From Macrostomum lignano (lineage: Eukaryota): a stretch of DNA of 64,000 nt. The notes under the pieces were generated by a model. It saw only the letters and a program-made list of their open reading frames with translations. It did not search any database and was not told where the DNA came from. The stretch spans positions 1 through 64,000 of the forward strand of contig NIVC01001081.1 of NCBI GenBank assembly GCA_002269645.1. The letters run 5' to 3'. Positions 46,430-58,400 of the stretch are shown piece by piece. The number at the start of each line of letters is the position of its first letter. Positions within the stretch are counted from its first letter, which is position 1. The position numbers and the translations under genes are program-made.

Positions 46430-49400
46430 TCATTTCTCGCTCAGCGAGGCCAGCATGTGCCGGCGCTCGCTGGAAGGCCCGGCACCGCCACCGCCGCCTC
46501 CATCGCTGGCGCCGGCGCCGCCGGAAGCGCCGAAAGCTTCGTCATCGTCTTCCTCGTCGTCAGAAGTGACGTCGCCGGCTACCAGGGGGCCGCTGGCCGA
46601 GTGCGTGCGCCGGATCGGCGCCTCGTTGACGAACTTCAGCAGGTCCTGGTGGGTCATGTCCTGCGGGTGGTTCAGGGACCGCTGATTGCAGTGTCAGGGA
46701 CTGCTAATTAGAGTGTCAGGGACCGCTGATTGGAGTGTCAGGGACCGCTGATTGGAGTGTCAGGGACCGCTAATTAGAGTGTCAGGGACCGCTGATCGGA
46801 GTGTCAGGGACCGCTGATTGCAGTGTCAGGGACTGCTAATTAGAGTGTCAGGGACCGCTGATCGGAGTGTCAGGGACCGCTGATCGGAGTGTCAGGGACC
46901 GCTGATCGGAGTGTCAGGGACCGCTGATCGGAGTGTCAGGGACCGCTGATCGGAGTGTCAGGGACCGCTGATCGGAGTGTCAGGGACCGCTAATTAGAGT
47001 GTCAGGGACCGCTGATCGGAGTGTCAGGGACCGCTGATTGCAGTGTCAGGGACTGCTAATTAGAGTGTCAGGGACCGCTGATCGGAGTGTCAGGGACCGC
47101 TGATCGGAGTGTCAGGGACCGCTGATCGGAGTGTCAGGGACCGCTGATCGGAGTGTCAGGGACCGCTGATCGGAGTGTCAGGGACCGCTGATCGGAGTGT
47201 CAGGGACCGCTGATCGGAGTGTCAGGGACCGCTGATCGGAGTGTCAGGGACCGCTGATCGGAGTGTCAGGGACCGCTGATCGGAGTGTCAGGGACCGCTG
47301 ATCGGAGTGTCAGGGACCGCTGATCGGAGTGTCAGGGACCGCTGATCGGAGTGTCAGGGACACCGCAGCCTCACCTGGTAGCTGCTGGTGCGGGTGATGG
47401 GCGGCCAGGAGCCCTTCTCCTGCTGCAGCTCGTCCTTGATCCGCTCGTACTCTTTCTCGCTGTTGGCGGCCACCGCGCGGCGGATGCGGCGGACCAGCAT
47501 GCGGAACCAGGGACCCTCGATCAGCTCCTCGGCGATGTAGCTCAGCAGGAAGTTCATCAGCACCGCGCCGAGCACCAGGAACTTGAAGCGGACGCTCGGA
47601 TTGTCGCGAGGGGTGTCCCACAGCTGCGGGCAGGCGGCGGGGGTGACGGAGATGGGGGAGGACAAAGGAAGATAGGGAAAGACTGGGGAAGACAGGGGAA
47701 GACAAGGAGAAGACAGTAAAAGACAGGGGAAGACAGGAGAAGACAGGAAAAGACAGGGGAAGACAAGGAGAAGACAGGGGAGGACAGGGGAAGTCAGGGG
47801 AAGACTGGGGAAGACAAAGGAAGACTGGGGAAGACAGGGGAAGACAGGGAAAGACAGGGAAAGACAGGGGAAGACAGGAGAAGACAGGGGAAGACAGGGG
47901 AAGTCAGGGGAAGACAGGGGAAGACAGGGGAAGACAGGGGAAGACAAGGAGAAGACAGGGAAAGACAGGAGAAGACAGGGGAAGACAAGGAGAAGACAGG
48001 GGAAGTCAGGGGAAGTCAGGGGAAGACAGGGGAAGACAGGGGAAGACAGGAGAAGACAGGGGAAGACAAGGAGAAGACAGGGGAGGACAGGAGAAGACAG
48101 GGGAGGACAGGGGAAGTCAGGGGAAGTCTGGGGAAGACAAAGGAAGACTGGGGAAGTCAGGGGAAGTCAGGGGAAGACAGGGGAAGACAGGGAAAGACAG
48201 GGAAAGACAGGGGAAGACAGGAGAAGACAGGGGAAGACAGGAGAAGACAGGGGAGGACAGGGGAAGTCAGGGGAAGACAGGGGAAGACAAAGGAAGACTG
48301 GGGAAGACAGGGGAAGACAGGGAAAGACAGGGAAAGACAGGAGAAGACAGGAGAAGACAGGGGAAGACAAGGAGAAGACAGGGGAGGACAGGGGAAGACA
48401 GGGGAAGACTGGGGTAGACAAAGGAAGACTGGGGAAGACAGGGGAAGACAGGGAAAGACAGGGAAAGACAGGGGAAGACAGGGGAAGACAGGAGAAGACA
48501 GGGGAAGATAGGAGAAGACAGGGGAAGACAGGAGAAGACAGGGGAAGACAAGGAGAAGACAGGGGAGGACAGGGGAAGTCAGGGGAAGACAGGGGAAGAC
48601 AGGGGAAGACAGGGGAAGACAAGGAGAAGACAGGGGAAGACAGGAGAAGACAGGGGAAGACAAGGAGAAGACAGGGGAAGTCAGGGGAAGTCACGGGAGG
48701 ACAGGGGAAGACAGGGGAAGACAGGAGAAGACAGGGGAAGACAAGGAGAAGACAGGGGAGGACAGGAGAAGACAGGGGAGGACAGGGGAAGTCAGGGGAA
48801 GACTGGGGAAGACAAAGGAAGACTGGGGAAGTCAGGGGAAGTCAGGGGAAGACAGGGGAAGACAGGGAAAGACAGGGAAAGACAGGGGAAGACAGGAGAA
48901 GACAGGGGAAGACAGGAGAAGACAGGGGAAGACAAGGGAAGTCAGGGGAAGTCAGGGGAAGACAGGGGAAGACAGGGGAAGACAGGAGAAGACAGGGGAA
49001 GACAAGGAGAAGACAGGGGAGGACAGGGAGAGTCAGGGGAAGACAGGGGAAGACAAAGGAAGACTGGGGAAGACAGGGGAAGACAGGGAAAGACAGGGAA
49101 AGACAGGAGAAGACAGGAGAAGACAGGGGAAGACAAGGAGAAGACAGGGGAGGACAGGGGAAGACAGGGGAAGACTGGGGTAGACAAAGGAAGACTGGGG
49201 AAGACAGGGGAAGACAGGGAAAGACAGGGAAAGACAGGGGAAGACAGGGGAAGACAGGAGAAGACAGGGGAAGATAGGAGAAGACAGGGGAAGACAGGAG
49301 AAGACAGGGGAAGACAGGAGAAGACAGGGGAGGACAGGGGAAGTCAGGGGAAGACAGGGGAAGACAGGGGAAGACAGGGGAAGACAAGGAGAAGACAGGG

Positions 49401-52400
49401 GAAGACAGGAGAAGACAGGGGAAGACAAGGAGAAGACAGGGGAAGTCAGGGGAAGTCAGGGGAAGACAGGGGAAGACAGGGGAAGACAGGAGAAGACAGG
49501 GGAAGACAAGGAGAAGACAGGGGAGGACAGGAGAAGACAGGGGAGGACAGGGGAAGTCAGGGGAAGACTGGGGAAGACAAAGGAAGACTGGGGAAGTCAG
49601 GGGAAGTCAGGGGAAGACAGGGGAAGACAGGGAAAGACAGGGAAAGACAGGGGAAGACAGGAGAAGACAGGGGAAGACAGGAGAAGACAGGGGAAGACAA
49701 GGGAAGTCAGGGGAAGTCAGGGGAAGACAGGGGAAGACAGGGGAAGACAGGAGAAGACAGGGAAAGACAGGGGAAGACAGGAGAAGACAGGGGAAGACAA
49801 GGAGAAGACAGGGGAGGACAGGGGAAGTCAGGGGAAGACAGGGGAAGACAGGGGAAGACAGGAGAAGACAGGGGAAGACAGGGAAAGACAGGGAAAGACA
49901 GGGGAAGATAGGAGAAGACAGGGGAAGACAGGGAAAGACAGGGAAAGACAGGGGAAGACAGGAGAAGACAGGGGAAGACAAGGAGAAGACAGGGGAGGAC
50001 AGGGGAAGTCAGGGGAAGACAGGGGAAGACAGGGGAAGACAGGGGAAGACAAGGAGAAGACAGGGGAAGACAGGAGAAGACAGGGGAAGACAAGGAGAAG
50101 ACAGGGGAAGTCAGGGGAAGTCAGGGGAAGACAGGGGAAGACAGGGGAAGACAGGAGAAGACTGGGGAAGACAAAGGAAGACTGGGGAAGTCAGGGGAAG
50201 TCAGGGAAAGACAGGGGAGGACAGGGGAAGTCAGGGAAAGACAGGGGAAGACAGGAGAAGACAGGGGAAGACAGGAGAAGACAGGGGAAGACAAGGGAAG
50301 TCAGGGGAAGTCAGGGGAAGACAGGGGAAGACAGGGGAAGACAGGAGAAGACAGGGGAAGACAAGGAGAAGACAGGGGAGGACAGGAGAAGACAGGGGAG
50401 GACAGGGGAAGTCAGGGGAAGACTGGGGAAGACAAAGGAAGACTGGGGAAGTCAGGGGAAGTCAGGGGAAGACAGGGGAAGACAGGGGAAGACAGGAGAA
50501 GACAGGGGAAGACAAGGAGAAGACAGGGGAGGACAGGGGAAGTCAGGGGAAGACAGGGGAAGACAGGGGAAGACAGGAGAAGACAGGGGAAGACAAGGAG
50601 AAGACAGGGGAGGACAGGGGAAGTCAGGGGAAGACAGGGGAAGACAGGGGAAGACAGGAGAAGACAGGGGAAGACAAGGAGAAGACAGGGGAGGATAGGG
50701 GAAGTCAGGGGAAGACAGGGGAAGACAGGAGAAGACAGGAGAAGACAGGGGAAGACAAGGAGAAGACAGGGGAAGACAAAGGAAGACTGGGGAAGACAGG
50801 GGAAGACAGGGAAAGACAGGGAAAGACAGGGGAAGACAGGAGAAGACAGGGGAAGACAAGGAGAAGACAGGGGAGGACAGGGGAAGTCAGGGGAAGACAG
50901 GGGAAGACAGGGGAAGACAGGGGAAGACAGGAGAAGACAGGGGAAGACAAGGAGAAGACAGGGGAGGACAGGGGAAGTCAGGGGAAGACAGGGGAAGACA
51001 GGGGAAGACAGGAGAAGACAGGGGAAGACAAGGAGAAGACAGGGGAAGACAGGGGAAGACAGGGGAAGACAGGAGAAGACAGGGGAAGACAAGGAGAAGA
51101 CAGGGGAAGACAGGGGAAGTCAGGGGAAGACAGGAGAAGACAGGGGAAGACAAGGAGAAGACAGGGGAGGACAGGGGAAGTCAGGGGAAGTCAGGGGAAG
51201 ACAGGGGAAGACAGGGGAAGACAGGAGAAGACAGGGGAAGACAAGGAGAAGACAAGGAGAAGACAGGGGAAGTCAGGGGAAGTCAGGGGAAGACAGGGGA
51301 AGACAGGGGAAGACAGGAGAAGACAGGGGAAGACAAGGAGAAGACAGGGGAGGACAGGAGAAGACAGGGGAGGACAGGGGAAGTCAGGGGAAGACTGGGG
51401 AAGACAAAGGAAGACTGGGGAAGTCAGGGGAAGTCAGGGGAAGACAGGGGAAGACAGGGAAAGACAGGGGAAGACAGGAGAAGACAGGGGAAGACAAGGA
51501 GAAGACAGGGGAGGACAGGGGAAGTCAGGGGAAGACAGGGGAAGACAGGGGAAGACAGGAGAAGACAGGGGAAGACAAGGAGAAGACAGGGGAGGACAGG
51601 GGAAGTCAGGGGAAGACAGGGGGAGACAGGGGAAGACAGGAGAAGACAGGGGAAGACAAGGAGAAGACAGGGGAGGATAGGGGAAGTCAGGGGAAGACAG
51701 GGGAAGACAGGAGAAGACAGGAGAAGACAGGGAAGACAAGGAGAAGACAGGGGAAGACAAAGGAAGACTGGGGAAGACAGGGGAAGACAGGGAAAGACAG
51801 GGAAAGACAGGGGAAGACAGGAGAAGACAGGGGAAGACAAGGAGAAGACAGGGGAGGACAGGGGAAGTCAGGGGAAGACAGGGGAAGACAGGGGAAGACA
51901 GGGGAAGACAGGAGAAGACAGGGGAAGACAAGGAGAAGACAGGGGAGGACAGGGGAAGTCAGGGGAAGACTGGGGAAGACAAAGGAAGACTGGGGAAGAC
52001 AGGGGAAGACAGGGAAAAACAGGGGAAGACAGGGAAAGACAGGGAAAGACAGGGGAAGACAGGAGAAGACAGGGGAAGACAGGAGAAGACAGGGGAAGAC
52101 AAGGGAAGTCAGGGGAAGTCAGGGGAAGACAGGGGAAGACAGGGGAAGACAGGAGAAGACAGGGAAAGACAGGGGAAGACAGGAGAAGACAGGGGAAGAC
52201 AAGGAGAAGACAGGGGAGGACAGGGGAAGTCAGGGGAAGACAGGGGAAGACAGGGGAAGACAGGAGAAGACAGGGGAAGACAGGGAAAGACAGGGAAAGA
52301 CAGGGGAAGATAGGAGAAGACAGGGGAAGACAGGGAAAGACAGGGAAAGACAGGGGAAGACAGGAGAAGACAGGGGAAGACAAGGAGAAGACAGGGGAGG

Positions 52401-55400
52401 ACAGGGGAAGTCAGGGGAAGACAGGGGAAGACAGGGGAAGACAGGGGAAGACAAGGAGAAGACAGGGGAAGACAGGAGAAGACAGGGGAAGACAAGGAGA
52501 AGACAGGGAAGTCAGGGGAAGTCAGGGGAAGACAGGGGAAGACAGGGGAAGACAGGAGAAGACTGGGGAAGACAAAGGAAGACTGGGGAAGTCAGGGGAA
52601 GTCAGGGAAAGACAGGGAGGACAGGGGAAGTCAGGGAAAGACAGGGGAAGACAGGAGAAGACAGGGGAAGACAGGAGAAGACAGGGGAAGACAAGGGAAG
52701 TCAGGGGAAGTCAGGGGAAGACAGGGGAAGACAGGGGAAGACAGGAGAAGACAGGGGAAGACAAGGAGAAGACAGGGAGGACAGGAGAAGACAGGGAGGA
52801 CAGGGGAAGTCAGGGAAGACTGGGGAAGACAAAGGAAGACTGGGGAAGTCAGGGGAAGTCAGGGGAAGACAGGGGAAGACAGGGGAAGACAGGAGAAGAC
52901 AGGGGAAGACAAGGAGAAGACAGGGGAGGACAGGGGAAGTCAGGGGAAGACAGGGGAAGACAGGGGAAGACAGGAGAAGACAGGGGAAGACAAGGAGAAG
53001 ACAGGGGAGGACAGGGGAAGTCAGGGGAAGACAGGGGAAGACAGGGAAGACAGGAGAAGACAGGGGAAGACAAGGAGAAGACAGGGGAGGATAGGGGAAG
53101 TCAGGGGAAGACAGGGGAAGACAGGAGAAGACAGGAGAAGACAGGGGAAGACAAGGAGAAGACAGGGGAAGACAAAGGAAGACTGGGGAAGACAGGGGAA
53201 GACAGGGAAAGACAGGGAAAGACAGGGGAAGACAGGAGAAGACAGGGGAAGACAAGGAGAAGACAGGGGAGGACAGGGGAAGTCAGGGGAAGACAGGGGA
53301 AGACAGGGGAAGACAGGGGAAGACAGGAGAAGACAGGGGAAGACAAGGAGAAGACAGGGGAGGACAGGGGAAGTCAGGGGAAGACAGGGAAGACAGGGGA
53401 AGACAGGAGAAGACAGGGGAAGACAAGGAGAAGACAGGGGAAGACAGGGGAAGACAGGGGAAGACAGGAGAAGACAGGGGAAGACAAGGAGAAGACAGGG
53501 GAAGACAGGGGAAGTCAGGGGAAGACAGGAGAAGACAGGGGAAGACAAGGAGAAGACAGGGGAGGACAGGGGAAGTCAGGGGAAGTCAGGGGAAGACAGG
53601 GGAAGACAGGGGAAGACAGGAGAAGACAGGGAAGACAAGGAGAAGACAAGGAGAAGACAGGGGAAGTCAGGGGAAGTCAGGGGAAGACAGGGAAGACAGG
53701 GGAAGACAGGAGAAGACAGGGGAAGACAAGGAGAAGACAGGGGAGGACAGGAGAAGACAGGGGAGGACAGGGGAAGTCAGGGGAAGACTGGGGAAGACAA
53801 AGGAAGACTGGGGAAGTCAGGGGAAGTCAGGGGAAGACAGGGGAAGACAGGGAAAGACAGGGGAAGACAGGAGAAGACAGGGGAAGACAAGGAGAAGACA
53901 GGGAGGACAGGGAAGTCAGGGAAGACAGGGGAAGACAGGGGAAGACAGGAGAAGACAGGGGAAGACAAGGAGAAGACAGGGGAGGACAGGGGAAGTCAGG
54001 GGAAGACAGGGGAGACAGGGAAGACAGGAGAAGACAGGGGAAGACAAGGAGAAGACAGGGGAGGATAGGGGAAGTCAGGGGAAGACAGGGGAAGACAGGA
54101 GAAGACAGGAGAAGACAGGGGAAGACAAGGAGAAGACAGGGGAAGACAAAGGAAGACTGGGGAAGACAGGGGAAGACAGGGAAAGACAGGGAAAGACAGG
54201 GGAAGACAGGAGAAGACAGGGGAAGACAAGGAGAAGACAGGGGAGGACAGGGGAAGTCAGGGGAAGACAGGGGAAGACAGGGGAAGACAGGGGAAGACAG
54301 GAGAAGACAGGGGAAGACAAGGAGAAGACAGGGGAGGACAGGGGAAGTCAGGGGAAGACTGGGGAAGACAAAGGAAGACTGGGGAAGACAGGGGAAGACA
54401 GGGAAAAACAGGGGAAGACAGGGAAAGACAGGGAAAGACAGGGGAAGACAGGAGAAGACAGGGGAAGACAAGGAGAAGACAGGGGAGGACAGGGGAAGTC
54501 AGGGGAAGACAGGGGAAGACAGGGGAAGACAGGGGAAGACAAGGAGAAGACAGGGGAAGACAGGAGAAGACAGGGGAAGTCAGGGGAAGACTGGGGAAGA
54601 CAGGGGAAGTCAGGGGAAGACAGGGGAAGACAGGGGAAGACAGGAGAAGACAGGGGAAGACAAGGAGAAGACAGGGGAGGACAGGAGAAGACAGGGGAGG
54701 ACAGGGGAAGTCAGGGGAAGACTGGGGAAGACAAAGGAAGACTGGGGAAGTCAGGGGAAGTCAGGGGAAGACAGGGGAAGACAGGGAAAGACAGGGAAAG
54801 ACAGGGGAAGACAGGAGAAGACAGGGGAAGACAAGGAGAACACAGGGGAAGACAGGGGAAGTCAGGGGAAGACAGGGGAAGACAGGGGAAGACAGGAGAA
54901 GACAGGGGAAGACAAGGAGAAGACAGGGAAGGACAGGGGAAGTCAGGGGAAGACAGGGGAAGACAGGGGAAGACAGGAGAAGACAGGGGAAGACAAGGAG
55001 AAGACAGGGGAAGACAGGGGAAGTCAGGGGAAGACAGGGGAAGACAGGGGAAGACAGGAGAAGACAGGGGAAGACAAGGAGAAGACAGGAGAAGACAGGG
55101 AAAGACAGGGAAAGACTGGGGAAGACAAGGAGAAGACAGGAGAAGACAGGGAAAGACAGGAGAAGACAGGAGAAGACAGGGGAAGACAAGGAGAAGACAG
55201 GGGAAGACAAAGGAAGACTGGGGAAGACAGGGGAAGACAGGGAAAGACAGGGAAAGACAGGGGAAGACAGGAGAAGACAGGGGAAGACAAGGAGAAGACA
55301 GGGGAGGACAGGGGAAGTCAGGGGAAGACAGGGGAAGACAGGGGAAGACAGGGGAAGACAGGAGAAGACAGGGGAAGACAAGGAGAAGACAGGGGAGGAC

Positions 55401-58400
55401 AGGGGAAGTCAGGGGAAGACTGGGGAAGACAAAGGAAGACTGGGGAAGACAGGGGAAGACAGGGAAAAACAGGGGAAGACAGGGAAAGACAGGGAAAGAC
55501 AGGGGAAGACAGGAGAAGACAGGGGAAGACAAGGAGAAGACAGGGGAGGACAGGGGAAGTCAGGGGAAGACAGGGGAAGACAGGGGAAGACAGGGGAAGA
55601 CAAGGAGAAGACAGGGGAAGACAGGAGAAGACAGGGGAAGTCAGGGGAAGACTGGGGAAGACAGGGGAAGTCAGGGGAAGACAGGGGAAGACAGGGGAAG
55701 ACAGGAGAAGACAGGGGAAGACAAGGAGAAGACAGGGGAGGACAGGAGAAGACAGGGGAGGACAGGGGAAGTCAGGGAAAGACTGGGGAAGACAAAGGAA
55801 GACTGGGGAAGTCAGGGGAAGTCAGGGGAAGACAGGGGAAGACAGGGAAAGACAGGGAAAGACAGGGGAAGACAGGAGAAGACAGGGGAAGACAAGGAGA
55901 ACACAGGGGAAGACAGGGGAAGTCAGGGGAAGACAGGGGAAGACAGGGGAAGACAGGAGAAGACAGGGGAAGACAAGGAGAAGACAGGGGAGGACAGGGG
56001 AAGTCAGGGGAAGACAGGGGAAGACGGGGGAAGACAGGAGAAGACAGGGGAAGACAAGGAGAAGACAGGGGAAGACAGGGGAAGACAGGGGAAGACAGGA
56101 GAAGACAGGGGAAGACAAGGAGAAGACAGGGGAGGACAGGGGAAGTCAGGGGAAGTCAGGGGAAGACAGGGGAAGACAGGGGAAGACAGGAGAAGACAGG
56201 GGAAGACAAGGAGAAGACAAGGAGAAGACAGGGGAAGACAGGAGAAGACAGGGGAAGACAAGGAGAAGACAGGGGAGGACAGGAGAAGACAGGGGAAGAC
56301 AAGGAGAAGACAGGGGAGGACAGGGGAAGACAGGGGAAGACAAGGAGAAGACAGGGGAGGACAGGGGAAGTCAGGGGAAGTCAGGGGAAGACAGGGGAAG
56401 ACAGGGGAAGACAGGAGAAGACAGGGGAAGACAAGGAGAAGACAGGAGAAGACAGGGAAAGACAGGGAAAGACTGGGGAAGACAAGGAGAAGACAGGAGA
56501 AGACAGGGAAAGACAGGAGAAGACAGGGAAACACAGGGGATGTCAGGGGAAGACAGGGGAAGACAGGGGAAGACAGGGGAAGACAGGGAAACACAGGGGA
56601 AGACAGGGGAAGACAATGGATGTCAGAGGAAGACAGGGGAAGACAAAGGAAGACTGGGGAGACAGGAGAAGACAGGGGAAGCTCACGGCCCCAAGCTGAC
56701 TTAGACTCACATGCAGAGCATTCTTCAGCCAAGGAAACGGGTCGAGGGTCACGTAGATGTTCACGGCCAGAGTCACCAGGATGTTAACAAGAATGAAGTC
56801 TGAAAAGTTAAAGCCCAAAGCCAGTGAATACTACTGATCAAAACGAGTAGTCTAATTGGGGCGAGAAACTCACAATTGGAGAAGATGGTTCGCCTATAAG
56901 GAGTGGACTTGGAGAACACCACGGCCATTGTGATGTACTGGTACATGGACACCAGGAACACCATGGTGTTCTCATAGCTGCTGTAGTTCTCCGACATCAC
57001 GTCCCGGTGGAAGGGGTAGAACCACGGCTGCGTGTGCACGTACAGGAACGCCATGGACTGGAAGATGGCATTCAGCAGGATCTGGCAGCTGATGGAGGTG
57101 ATGGTCACCGCTGACATAAGCCGCATGCTGGGCACCTCCTTGGCCATGCGGGGGAAGGCACGGGTGTAGCCGAAGGTGATGCTGAGGGTGGTGATGATGA
57201 AGAGGTCCACGTAGAGAAACTGCACATCGATGAGGTTGCAGCCGATGTAGTACAGGATAAGGCAGGACATGAACTGGGCTGTGGAGTAGCCCGCCATGAA
57301 CTTGAAGATGCCGAACGAGGTGATGAGGGCGCACCGGCCCTCCCTGATCAGGGTGGGCACGCAGGAGATGTTCTGCTCCTTGGAGGTGAACGGCGAGGCT
57401 ACTGAGGCTTCCGCTTCGCTTAGCGAGATGCCCGCGTGCGCCGCCTTCAGCGCGCCGCAGTCATTGGCGCCGTCACCGCACATGCCGACTGTGTAGCCCA
57501 CCTGCGGCGGTTGGGGTGGTGGATTGTGTGGTAGGGTGGTGGATTGTGTGGTGGGTTGTTGGGTTGTGTGGTAGGGAGGAGAATCGTGTGGTAGGGTGAA
57601 AAATCGTGTGGTAGGGTGGTTGATTGTGTGGTAGGGTGGAGAATCGTGTGGTAGGGTGGTGGATTGTTGGGTAGGGTGAAGAATCGTGTGGTAGGGTGGA
57701 GAATCGTGTGGTAGGGTGGTGGATTGTGTGGTAGTGTGGTGAGTCGTGTGGTAGGGTGGTGAGTCGTGTGGTAGGGTGGCGGACTGTGTGATAGGGTGGA
57801 GAATTGTGTGGTAGGGTGGTGGATCGTGTGGTAGGGTGATAGATAGTAGGGTGGGGTCGATAGTTTGGTAGGCTCGTGTGTTAAACAATGCGGTAGGGTG
57901 GCGGTAGATAGCGTGGCCGCGTGTTGCGGTAGACTGGTGCGGTAGTGCGTCAGGGTTTGCAGTAGAGTGGGAAATGCTTTCAGCTGTGTTCAATGCAGTC
58001 AATTAGCCAGCTGTATTTTGCATTAAATTAACAAGTCAAAACGCCTTTCGCACTACTCATCAGAGGCTGCAAGTAGATAAGTTAGAAAATAACTGCGCAA
58101 TTTTTCCTACACATTTCCTAAGAAGACGGCGATACAAAATCTGCAACAGCTGCGGGGGCAGCGTTGGCTGAAAGCAGCAGACAGAAAGAGACAGCCGGGC
58201 AAAGTGGTTGAGGAGAAAATGGTTGAGCTTTGCAGCAGCTGTTGTATAAAAATTGCCTGTGTGGATTTCGCCAGACACGATTTTTGATCCCCAGCAAGTC
58301 CATGTGGGTTGGAGCATGGAATTTCAACTCTGGCTCAAGTTAGCCTTGAAGTGCGCTGCTTTTAAAATAGGACCATGCATTGGCAATACAGAGCTTAAGA

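Noticed and set aside
47354-56732. Dozens of [10 protein letters not shown] ORFs
   Set aside because: Artefacts of the intronic 10-bp satellite.
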